A DNA stretch of 63,927 nucleotides, the filler included, from Vannella sp. (taxonomy: Eukaryota), in NCBI GenBank assembly GCA_023345925.1. It is 11 parts of 11 records of this genome, joined end to end, with 100 filler letters (N's around TTAATTAATTAA, not from the genome) between each part and the next. Parts side by side here need not be neighbours in the genome. Positions count along the whole stretch, not along the records: positions 1 to 3,997 come from JAJQQN010000747.1; positions 4,098 to 9,683 come from JAJQQN010001424.1; 9 more parts are not named here. The stretch is one strand, 5' to 3'. Below the pieces are notes generated by a model. The model worked only from the letters and a program-made list of their open reading frames with translations. It searched no databases and was not told the origin of the DNA. Below are positions 1-9,783 of this stretch, in pieces; the first letter of the stretch is position 1; each line of letters starts with the position of its first letter. A program made the position numbers and the translations under genes.

Positions 1-392
1 ATGCTTGTCTGGGCACTCAAACTATGGACCAAAGAAAATGATGATCAGGGACAGTTTAAATGGTCACTTTTTTCGTGGCGGTCCGCATTGGTTTGCGAAG
101 CTTCGAACTATCGCGGCGATCATCCGGAAGTCATGACTAGTCAAGAGTGGTGGTTTCTCAGAAACCCTGAAGGTTATTAGTGAAGAAGTTAATGATGGTG
201 GAAACTCGGTATCGATGCAGCAACAAGCGGCAGTTCTCGTGATTGTGCTGAACGAAAGTTTGGAGAGAAAAACCGAGAATTAAGTGAATGGAAGAGCGAT
301 ACTATTGGTTGGAAAAGTCATCGACCAATCAGAATCGAACTCCGACAATAAAAAATCGGTGGGTCTTGTGTTGCCTATTTTTTGTTCGGCAC

Positions 393-902
393 ATGGCGGA
401 GGCTTTCTACTGTGACTGGGGTGAGAAAGGAGGAGATTGGTGCATGTGCCTCGGCTTCTTCCAAGGCGACAAGGCGTGCTGTGAACCTTGCTGTGGCCAA
501 CCCTGTAACACAAGCGATGGCCTCTACTGTTGTCTTTCCTTCTTCCCTGGCTGCTTCTGCGCTGCCCCTCAGCTTTACGGATTTTCACAAGACCAGCAAT
601 GTGCGTTAGTCAACCACTTACTCCCCTACCTCGTGTTGATCATTCCAATCATTGGAAGCCTTTTCTCCCTGGTCTTCTGGACTGCCATCCGTTGGAACCT
701 CCGCAAGAAGTACAGCATTGGAGACGTAAGCGGGTTCACACCCTTTGACTGCTTGACTGTTTTCTGCGCCCCTTGTTTCGGCTGCCAGGAGCTCCGAGCC
801 GTTCCCAAGGAGGCATGGGACTGGTATGGCCTCTACCAAGAACAGAAGTTCCCTGGTCCTGGCCAGATCGATCCTTGTATCATCTTCTGCGTCGATGCTT
901 AA
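393..902 (+). CDS. PLAC8-family cysteine-rich membrane protein
   Basis: ATG 393 is in frame with ORF 288..902. Motifs CCLSFFPGCFC, a hydrophobic segment, IRWNLRKKYSI and DCLTVFCAPCFGCQELR match the PLAC8 pattern. Confidence 0.8.
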   Translation: MAEAFYCDWGEKGGDWCMCLGFFQGDKACCEPCCGQPCNTSDGLYCCLSFFPGCFCAAPQLYGFSQDQQCALVNHLLPYLVLIIPIIGSLFSLVFWTAIRWNLRKKYSIGDVSGFTPFDCLTVFCAPCFGCQELRAVPKEAWDWYGLYQEQKFPGPGQIDPCIIFCVDA

Positions 903-1015
903 GCGTCGCATTGTAATACAATCCTTCTTTCGGGCATGTGGCAACAAAGGCTTCGCAAATCACTGCTTTTTTTACATTTATTCGGAATTTAGTAACGGCA
1001 AGCTTTGATCATTTG

Positions 1016-2729
1016 ATGGACGAGTTTGCGTCGTTCGGGTCTAGCGAGGCGCCGCTCTCAATCGACTCCTTCTCCTTTGAAAGTGCAGTGACAGAGTGGC
1101 CTCAAACTGCGGGGGGTTTGGCATCAGGCGCTGCGGATTGGGGCGCGGAGTTTCAGTCCAGTAACTCGCCATTGAGCGATGAGGAGACAAGAATAGCATC
1201 CAATGCACAGCAAGTGGGTTCTATTATCACAGAATCTGTGTTCTTCGAGCCTGCCTTCGAAGGGGTCTCTGTCCCTGACCACAAAGTGAACACTGGAGAC
1301 AGTGAAGATCGTACTACGGAGGAGGGGCTGAATAGCCATCTTTCTGACGGAACTTCCTTCACGTTTGGAGTCACTCAAGAGAGCCCTGTAGCCTTGGGGA
1401 CTCCACCGACTGAAAGAAGCGAGGACCTGCCAGATGCAAACATGTTTGGGTCTGATTCAGCTTTTGCTGGCTTTGCGAATGAGGAAAACTCTTTCTCATC
1501 CTTAAGAGACACCTCCCAGCAGTCAGAGTTCGGAAACTTCGGAGCCTTTCCCCCAACATTGGGACAAGACGCATTCGCAGACTTTGGATCCTTCAGCGGG
1601 AGTGGAGCATCTGCTGGTTTTGGAGACTTTGGTGAAGCTCAGTTTACAACCTCATCCCCATCAGAGTCCCTCTCAGACGATTGGGGCTCGTTTGTGACTC
1701 CATCATCGGAACTGGAAGTTCCCACTTCGCAGATGAGCATGATTGTGATGGTAAGTTCTTCCGTTCCTTTCTCCCTCCCTTTCTGATTGAATGGTGATCA
1801 GGACATCACTTCCTGTGCTGGAGAGGAGCTGGCTGAGAAGATAGCGGAGATCTTGAGCGATGCGTTCAATGGGATCACACTCTCTTCCCTTCCACAGTCT
1901 TCTGATCGACCTATGTTGTTGAGAGACCTCGTGAGGAGGTAAGCTAATGATCTTCTGCGCTTCATCTGTCCATTCTGACCGGTTTAGTCGCGACGTTGCG
2001 TCCCTCTTTGATGGAGGGGTTTGTGAAACATGTTCAGAGCCGAAGAGCTCGCTCAGTCTCTTCTGTTTGGGGTGCGGGAAGGACTTTCACCTTCATGAGA
2101 GGGGAAAGCTATGGAACGACTCCAAAATCTCCAAGCAACGCTTCTTACAGGCACTGCACATTCCAGAGGTAGAGACCTCTCACTTGAACCCTCTTCAACC
2201 CACAGCCGTTGGAGAGTCCCTTCCCACAAGCAATGTTCCGGTTGCCTTCGACCCATTCGCTCAGGATGCTTTCTCTGGCTCAATAAGCCACTTCCCTCCT
2301 ATCATGCCTTCATCTGTGATATCTTCCTTCCCAGCAGACTTCTCCAACATGCCTACAGCGTCTCCATCACTCACAGACTTTGATCTAAACCTCTTCGGAG
2401 AGGTGAAACCGACTTCCTCCCCGGTCCAGAAGCGTCAGAAGAGTGCTGGAAGTGGACTATCCGACTTTGACAACTTCTTGCTTGGGTTTGATACCGCTAC
2501 TTCCCTTGGGGAGCCTTCTACGAGCAACAGTATGATTGCCATCAACGAACGGATTGCCCGATCCGCCAAGAAGGAGGGTAAAAAGGAGGAGATCGACTTT
2601 GATACGATGCAGCAGAACAATAAGAAGCTACTAGAGATCATGAGTAGGATCCCTGACCTTACCTTCATGTCTTCCAAGACGTTAGTCGTCCCCGCGAGCA
2701 AGTACAACTTCGAAGAGGCCACTTCATGA
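1016..2729 (+). CDS. Aftiphilin-like AP-1/clathrin accessory protein (introns 1751-1801, 1939-1987)
   Basis: Repeated FGNF/FADF/FGDF/DDWGSF gamma-ear-binding-type motifs. C-terminal IPDLTFMSSKTLVVP resembles the aftiphilin C-terminus. Two GT-AG introns restore a single frame. Confidence 0.7.
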
Positions 2730-2768
2730 GGCCCTGCTGCTGTACATTGTTCAATCTCCACTGTATCT

Positions 2769-3897
2769 TCACTCTTTGTTCATTTGCCGTTTCTCAGGGG
2801 AGTCACAGAGCGCCATGGAGAGCTTGACAATGTCAAAGGTGGCTGGCAAGCGAGTTGCCAGTTGGCACCATTGCTTGACAGTCAGATCCTCTGCTCTGAC
2901 ATTTGGATCGATGCTGACTGATAGTAAGAGGGCTTCGATCTGTTCTATCGTTGGGCCAAAGCCTTTAAAGGCGTTCTTGAGGAGCTTCCGCCTCTTACTG
3001 AATCCTACTCTGCACGTTGCTTCGAGGACATCCGCATCTGTCCTACTCGTGGTCAGTAGATGAACGAGTTGATAGGAGAAGAGTTACATCAGAGGTTCTA
3101 ATGGAGTGCTTCTGCTCTCAAACTTGACGATCCGAGCGTCAACTTTTGGTGGAGGGACGAAACTCTTCCCTGTGATAGTGAACCCAATGTCTGTGTGGAA
3201 GTATTGTTGTGACATGACTGAGAGCCTCCCATACTCCTGAAGAATGGGTGAGCGAGCATCCTGGAGGGAGCAATGCGTACTTTGGTTCGGGGTTTGGCGA
3301 CAATACGATCAGCGACTTCTGCTTGGAAGGCGAGAACGCAAGGAGCCCTTCCATAGGCAAACACTCCCTCTCGTTTCGAGGCTTGCTTCACCCATTTGAT
3401 CAGGCAAGCTGTGGACACTGCGAAGGGAAGGTTGCCAATCACCCCCACCCGACACTTGTCTGGATCTTCTTGGTATTCTGCGGGGACGTAACGTGAAACG
3501 AGTTCTCTCTCATCCACCTCTAAGGCATCCCCATGTACGATCACAAGCCTGCTCTCTTTGGAGTTGGGGAAGAGAGCTTGTTGCTGGATCAGCTCCAAAG
3601 CGGGAATGAAGCGGCGATCCTTCTCGATGACGATCACGCGCTCAGCACCTTCCATCAAGAGTGCTCGCGTTATACCTCCGGGTCCAGGGCCGATCTCAAT
3701 CACTGTGGAGCCCTGCAGATTGCGAAGTTGCCGAGCAAACCTGAGCGAGCCTGTTAGAGGGTAGAGAGTGTCTCGTGGCCTTCTAACCTTCGGCAGATGT
3801 TCATATCCAATAGGAAGTTCTGAGAGAGCTGCTGCTTTGCACTCAGCCCATACAACCGAATGAGCTGTTGGGTGTCAGGCAGAGGTGGGAGGCGCAT
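2769..3897 (-). CDS. TFB1M: Mitochondrial rRNA dimethyladenosine transferase (KsgA/Dim1 family, TFB1M-like); 3 introns including 3741-3787
   Basis: MRLPPLPDTQQLIRLYGLSAKQQLSQNFLLD, VIEIGPGPGGITR, IEKDRRF, GNLPF, YGRLSVM, FVPPPKVD. Confidence 0.9.
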
Positions 3898-3997
3898 CAC
3901 AAATGGCCTCGAGACCTTCAATGAATTGTCCACAGAATAAAATCTCCATTTACAGTCAAGATAATGATCTCCTATGATTCCTCGTCGTTTACACTAA

Positions 3998-4097
3998 NNN
4001 NNNNNNNNNNNNNNNNNNNNNNNNNNNNNNNNNNNNNNNNNTTAATTAATTAANNNNNNNNNNNNNNNNNNNNNNNNNNNNNNNNNNNNNNNNNNNN
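3998..4097. other. Artificial contig spacer
   Basis: 44 N + TTAATTAATTAA + 44 N, with stops in all six frames. Confidence 0.98.
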
Positions 4098-4250
4098 CTT
4101 CAATCTACACTGCGTCTCAGCCTCTTCCTTGGCCTCGATAACCTTCGTCATCCAAGCTTTCAGCTTTCGACTCTTCTGCATCCGATGCCTTGATCCATTT
4201 CCAGTCTGTGTCTCTGTCGCTGGCGTTGGCTCTGTTTGTTCGTCCACCAT
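4098..4250 (-). CDS. 5' fragment of a hypothetical protein, truncated by contig end
   Basis: ATG 4250, MVDEQTEPTPATETQ..., open into the N spacer. Confidence 0.45.
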
Positions 4251-4397
4251 GGGTACGTCCACCCCACCCTCGACCGGCCAACAAAATGCGATCTCTTGTC
4301 CAATTAAACCGAGCTCTTTATATAATTCTTAATCGGGACATAAAATACTCCAGCGCCTCCTGTTTGGAGGTAATGGGCAGTCTGAGGAAGGAAAAAA

Positions 4398-4790
4398 ATG
4401 GCGGGAGAATTCGGTCTTCATCATCTCCTGCTGCTCCCCTTTACCTCTGCACGGAAATGCTGGCGTTGCATCAAACCAGTAGTTCTATGGATGTTCGTAG
4501 ATATCCCAATTCGGCTCCTACCATTGACAAAGCAAGTGTGAAAGGGCTTCTTTGGTGGATAACAGCTGGAGTTCGGTACCATTCAGCCTTGTTTAAACGG
4601 AACAGTAACTTGAGTTGACAATAGGTACTGGCAAGTCATTGGAGGAACCTGCCTTCTTCTCCGGTCCAATCAGTACATCCGTCATCATCCCAATCCGCGT
4701 TCAATGGACGCGTTTGACTCCGTTTTGTCATCCCATTCGTGTTCAAAGGCACTACGGACTCAATGCATACCAATTGAGCTCCGTCTTTAA
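4398..4790 (+). CDS. Small spliced hypothetical protein (about 99 aa, two predicted introns)
   Basis: AAAAATGG start. GTTCGT..AAG and GTACCA..TAG introns join three exons: MAGEFGLHHLLLLPF...VKGLLWWITAGVRYWQVIGGTCLLLR...IELRL*. It fills an otherwise empty 600-bp gap. Confidence 0.4.
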
Positions 4791-4863
4791 GCCCAATACA
4801 TCGCTGCCCTTTGGGGTTGCGCTGGATCATTGAATAGAGTCAGTTGAGGTTCATTGGGACGGT

Positions 4864-5963
4864 TTAGCTGGCCGCTTTCCCACCAAAGGCGGAGAGGAGG
4901 GCCGCTCCTGCTAAGAGGATAATGGATGAACTGAAGAAGATGGCGATGGCACTGAGACGGGTAATCTCGCGGAAGAGGATCATTCCCCAGAGACCACTCA
5001 CTAAGAGAGCTGTTTGGGTGAGAGGGAAGCCAATAGAGAGGCCAAGGTACTCCGTGGCGAAGATGCTGCAAACATTCCCAGCGTTCCAGGTCAGTCCAGC
5101 CAGGAGTCCTGGAAGAAGTGCCACTCTCCAGTGGAACTGAGGTCCTCCCTTGCCACGAGCCCACTGAAGAAGGAAATAGAGAGGACTTATCACTGCTGTG
5201 ACTAAAGCCACACCCACAGCGAAGCAGACCGCGTAGGGAATGCCTTGTTGGTCTGGAGGAGTGAATTCTGCTGGAACCAGCATACTCCCATTTGAGAAGC
5301 CCAAGCTCACTGCTGCTAGCATACCTAGGAAGAAGGAAGAAGAGCTTTTCACCTCCTTTTCTTCCAAGATAGGCTCAGACTCGTTGATAGAGGGGTTCGG
5401 CAACATTGTTTGCTCAATATCTTCCAGGCAGGGGATGATATACAGCCATCTAAGATAGGATGGTAACGACACTGCCTTTTGGATGTTACATAGAGAGATA
5501 CCAGCCACTCCCGTTAGAAGTAGAAGGAGAGCGAGAGAGGTCCAGCCCCAAGAGGACGGGACTTCATGAAAATAAGCGGCTCCCCACACAAAGGACACCA
5601 CAACTAGGGCGATAGACATGTTAGCGCGTGTTTGTCAATGATGAGGCTACTCCTACTCGTCACGCCGCTCCAAACACCTTGGGCGATGGCCATTCCTGCC
5701 AAGTTGATGGCCAAGATAGCAAGGAGAGAGCTGGGAACCCACAGGGCCGCTCCTGCCACACCAAACCAAGTCCAAGAGAACGGGTAGAAGATCAGTAACA
5801 GCCAGGAACTCAAAAAGACCGCGAGAGAGTAGTAGATCTGGAAGACTACGGGGTCTACTTGGGCTCTCTGTACTGCAGGAGCCTTCACAAACACTCCAAA
5901 CGAACCAAAGCAGACCGCAGCACCAGCTACGCACAGGTAGCCCACCAGAGTATCGTCGACCAT
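4864..5963 (-). CDS. TMEM144-like drug/metabolite (sugar) transporter; intron 5604-5656
   Basis: CFGSFGVFVK, GMAIAQGVWSG, PGLLAGLTWNAGN, LGLSIGFPL and GLWGMILFREI, with about 10 TM segments. Confidence 0.85.
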
Positions 5964-6029
5964 GAGAAAATGAGTTTCCCGCTCCAGGAGCGTCCTCCAA
6001 TCATGAGAGAGGCTTTATCAAGTCTCTGA

Positions 6030-6790
6030 TCAACTCGAGAGGTAGTCAGGAGTGTCATAAGAGTAGGAATAGCGCTGTGCTGAAGATCGGTTCCTTCCCA
6101 ACTCATGTTAGACCTCATTGGAAGCTTCTTAGGCCCTTCTGGGTGCACGTACTTCTGCAAGATGAAGAGAGCGATGCCACCAACCGAGACCAAGGCTAAG
6201 AAGATCCCTGAAGCGATCAGAGTCCACACCCATCCCGTCGTAAGCGATCCGTCGTTGCCCTCGTCCGCTGGGAGGGGAGCCTCGGTGATCTCCGTGATTG
6301 GTTGGCTTACTGAAGCGGAAGGCGTGATGGTGGTTGTGATAGAGAGCGACGGTGAAGGGCTGGAGGACCCTTCCACCACGACAGTCTCTGAAACGGCAAG
6401 GGAAGGTCCTGCGCTCGTTATCAGAAGGGAGGAACTTGAAGTAGATGTCGTTGTCTCTGTAGAAGAAGCAGTGGGGGAAGCTGAACTTGTGGCAGAAGAG
6501 GAGGGCGAAGTGGAAGCGGAGATACTCGAGGTTACGCTGGCAGATAGAGTCAACGACGTGCTATTCCCAGAGACCCTCACTGAAGGCGAGTATGATGTGG
6601 TGGTAGAAGCCGTGGAGGACAGCGTAGCCGACGCCGAAGGTGTGCTCTTGGTCCTGTTCAACCCAGGAAAGAGCCGTGAGGGCGTTGGCTGAGCCAGTGA
6701 CCTTGTAAGAGAGTTTGACCGACTGCGTGCACTCGCAGTCACCGCCATCAACACACAGAGGACGACAAAACAGCCCTTCCAAGCCGCCAT
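6030..6790 (-). CDS. Type I single-pass membrane glycoprotein with Ser/Thr-rich stalk; intron 6094-6152
   Basis: Signal peptide MAAWKGCFVVLCVLMAVTASA, an S/T stalk and TM WTLIASGIFLALVSVGGIALFIL. A GTACGT..CTAAC..AAG intron gives the tail KNRSSAQRYSYSYDTPDYLSS*. Confidence 0.75.
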
Positions 6791-6828
6791 TCCCTCCCGA
6801 AGGCGAGGAAATGCGTCCAATTAACGTT

Positions 6829-9470
6829 TTAAATAGTAAGTTCAGTGTCTAACATAGCCTGCACTAAGGAAGACGGCGCAGCCGCACGGGGGAGGCTGGG
6901 AGAGGGCATGGGACGGTTCGGCGACCCTCCCAAGGAATAGCGAAGTGGGGACGGGCTGTTGCCTGCAAGGCGGGCTAGAAGAGGGGAAACAGTTGCGCTT
7001 TCTGTAGAGGCGAAGCTTTCGTTGTCCCAGTCTGCACTGGGCTTCTGGTTGGGATCGTGGTCCAACGCATCCAACCACTCCTCAATGGCGCCTGGTTCAG
7101 TGCTTGCGTTTTCGGTGTCATCGGGTTCATTGGCCATCCAGTAGTGCTCCTTTTCATTGAACTGGGCTTGGGCTTCTCTTTGAAGAAGAAGGAGGTGCTC
7201 GGGAAGTTGTGGCAACCCTTCCACTTCAAAGGAAGGAGGGCGGATGTTATTGGAAGGGAGGAAAGAGTACTCTCTTACTTGCTGAGAGCCCACGTTTGTG
7301 TGAGTGTGGAACTGAATGTCACTAAGGATCTCTCGAATCTGCATTTCTTGTCTACCAGTGGCACCAAGAGACAATAAGTCGTTCCAGGGGTACGGTAAAT
7401 GGACCAGAGTCCGGTTCATCTCAAAGGCAAGACGAATGGACTTCCAGCCGTTAACGCGAATGTCGTTGCGGTCACACTTGAGAAGCATAAGAGTGGGATT
7501 TACTCTCAACAACTCGGCAAGTTCATAAGCTCCCGAATCCCCCAAACGATTGTTCTCGATAGACAGCTCCAAGAGAGTCTTGTTCTTGGCCATTTTGATC
7601 AAGAACTGACGGATGACACGGTCGAATCCACCATTGAGACTCAGAGCCTTTAAACTTGGAGTATGCTTGAGAGTCAGAGCCAAAGCCCGGCTGAGTTCCT
7701 CCGTTCCTGTGTTAGTGGGACGGCAAGAGTTGTCCAGATTGAGTGTGTCAAGCTGCTTCTTTCTTGCAAGAGAGCGGAGCAGCAACACAACTGCTTCAGG
7801 CTTCCATTTGTACCCACAAAAGGTGAGAGAACGAAGGTTGTGGCCTTTCTTGAAGGCGTCAGTGACCAAACTGGCATGCTTACTACTGCATTTGTTATCA
7901 GAAAGGTTCAAATCCAGAGATTTCAGAGACCGGTTATGCAGCAGAGACATGACCAGCTTCTGAATCAATGGCGGAGTCAATCCACAAGAAGACACATTCA
8001 GATTCCCCAGAACGAGAGACTCGTCGATGGCAACGCATAACAGTTCCACAGCAGCACTATCCAACTTGTTGCCAGATATGTCCAAGAGGTGGAGATGCTT
8101 CAAGGAGCGGAAGGAACGCGCCACAACCATGGTGTTGATGTTGCTCGAGGCCAACTCCAAGCGCCTCAGATGGGAGTATTCCTTGGATTCAAAGAGCCAC
8201 TTTTCAATTGCCTTCGAGCTCTCTGTGTCAAACTTATTGTGAGAAAGGTTGAGCTCTTCTAAAGAGATGGACATGGCGTAGTTCCGGCGGAATGCGTTCA
8301 TCAGAACCTCCACCCCTTTCGCACTAATCCCACAGGAAGACAAATTGAGTCCGCGAAGAACATGCGTGAACCGCTCGAGTGCAACTGACACCGCCAACAT
8401 GGCCGAGTTGGTGATTTTGGAACCAGAAAGGGACAAATACTGAATCGAATGGTCCCGGTTGTCCCGAAGCATGTCGCCGAGGGAAAGGAAGAAGCGGGAA
8501 GCACTGAGATTGACCAACTCTAACTGACTAAGAGTGGTATTGTGTCTAATGATGTTGGCGACAAGGAGAATGATCTCTTTCAAGTCAGAAACATCGTACA
8601 GCCTCAACGAGCGAAAGTACAAGTTATGGCGGAGTGCAGCAGCTATGGGAGGCAGGGAGAATGAGATGGCTGAGCCCCGAATCACCCCAGGGATACGATG
8701 GAGATCAAGCGTGTACGGACAAAGCCGCAAAGGGTTCTGGTCTGACAGCAGCCACTCCCCCGAGGCGTTATTATCCTCCCACGTGCGATCAAAGGCCAGC
8801 TGATCTTCGATATGGTTCGTCAACAGAGAGCTGACACGCTCCTCGAAGTAGGATGACTGAGCGCGGTACAAGTGCAGAAGTCCTGCTGCGGGCTTGTCAA
8901 AGGGGCTCGTCTCCGGGATGGGTAACAAGCTAGAGAGAGGGAGGTTAGCTCCGTACTAGCAAGAGAAGGACGTACATAGCAGGTGGAACAGTTAGGGTGA
9001 GTGTGGCGCGAGCAGGGTAACCGATGGTGATGTTAGCGTAGAGAAGGCGCAGGGCCATGATGATCTCTGGCATCTGTCCTGACTTGACCTCGATACTCTT
9101 GTTCATGTTCACTCCACGGAAGTAGAGAGTGGCCTTCTAATGGTCAGACGAAGAGCGAGCGGGAGGAGGGAAGCCTTACGGAGTTCTCGTCTTGCGCTTT
9201 GATCTCGTGGAGGTCATAAAGGTGGATGTTCTTCGTCACTTTGCGTGTATGCATGGGCATGGTGCCTTTCTTGATCAACAGAAGGCGTCCAGACGATAAG
9301 GCAAGGAAGCGCTTGCTCACTTTTCGGTTCTTCGAGGGCAACTCCGTGCTCTGCCCACTCTTCGAAGGAGGGAAGACGTCCACCCGGAAGATCACTTCCA
9401 GCTTCTCCCCGTACTCTCGATAACGAGCTAAAGCCGCCATGGCCACCTCCTTCTCCACCTCGCTCGCCAT
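6829..9470 (-). CDS. CARMIL-like protein (N-terminal PH-like domain + RNI-like LRRs); two 5' introns
   Basis: KRFLALSSGRLLL...IHLYDLHEI PH-like start, AALRHNLYFRSL, many LxxLxLSxN repeats and a low-complexity tail. Confidence 0.75.
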
Positions 9471-9485
9471 TCAGACCGCGCTCCC

Positions 9486-9645
9486 AAAAAATGGGAACCA
9501 AAGAACCGAACTTATTTCTTTATCCAATCCCCGGAGAGAGTTCATTGCCCAACTAAACGAACCAGGCGACCACCTGCGGAACGAGGACCTTGGATAAAGA
9601 GAAAGTTCACGGCCCAGATCAACCACGTCCCCTGGCCATGGTTGA
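9486..9645 (-). ncRNA. Candidate structured RNA (long stem with branched apex, extra hairpin, U6 tract)
   Basis: Arms 9508-9527 and 9590-9608 are near-perfect inverted repeats, with a second hairpin at 9619-9645. Several helices need G-U pairs on the minus strand. T6 on the minus strand at 9486-9491. Confidence 0.45.
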
Positions 9646-9683
9646 AAAGTATCTCTAAATTCGATCGGGACCTTTACCAATGA

Positions 9684-9783
9684 NNNNNNNNNNNNNNNNN
9701 NNNNNNNNNNNNNNNNNNNNNNNNNNNTTAATTAATTAANNNNNNNNNNNNNNNNNNNNNNNNNNNNNNNNNNNNNNNNNNNN
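9684..9783. other. Artificial contig spacer
   Basis: 44 N + TTAATTAATTAA + 44 N. Confidence 0.98.

Noticed and set aside
5927..6030. Overlap between ORF 5927..6820 and the TMEM144 gene
   Set aside because: It is an artefact of reading through intron 6094-6152.
9466..9655. U3 snoRNA (GCGGTCTGA box-D-like end, ATACTTTTCA start on the minus strand)
   Set aside because: No box A or box C (TGATGA) is found, and the D-like motif overlaps the CARMIL start. It is kept only as an unassigned structured element.
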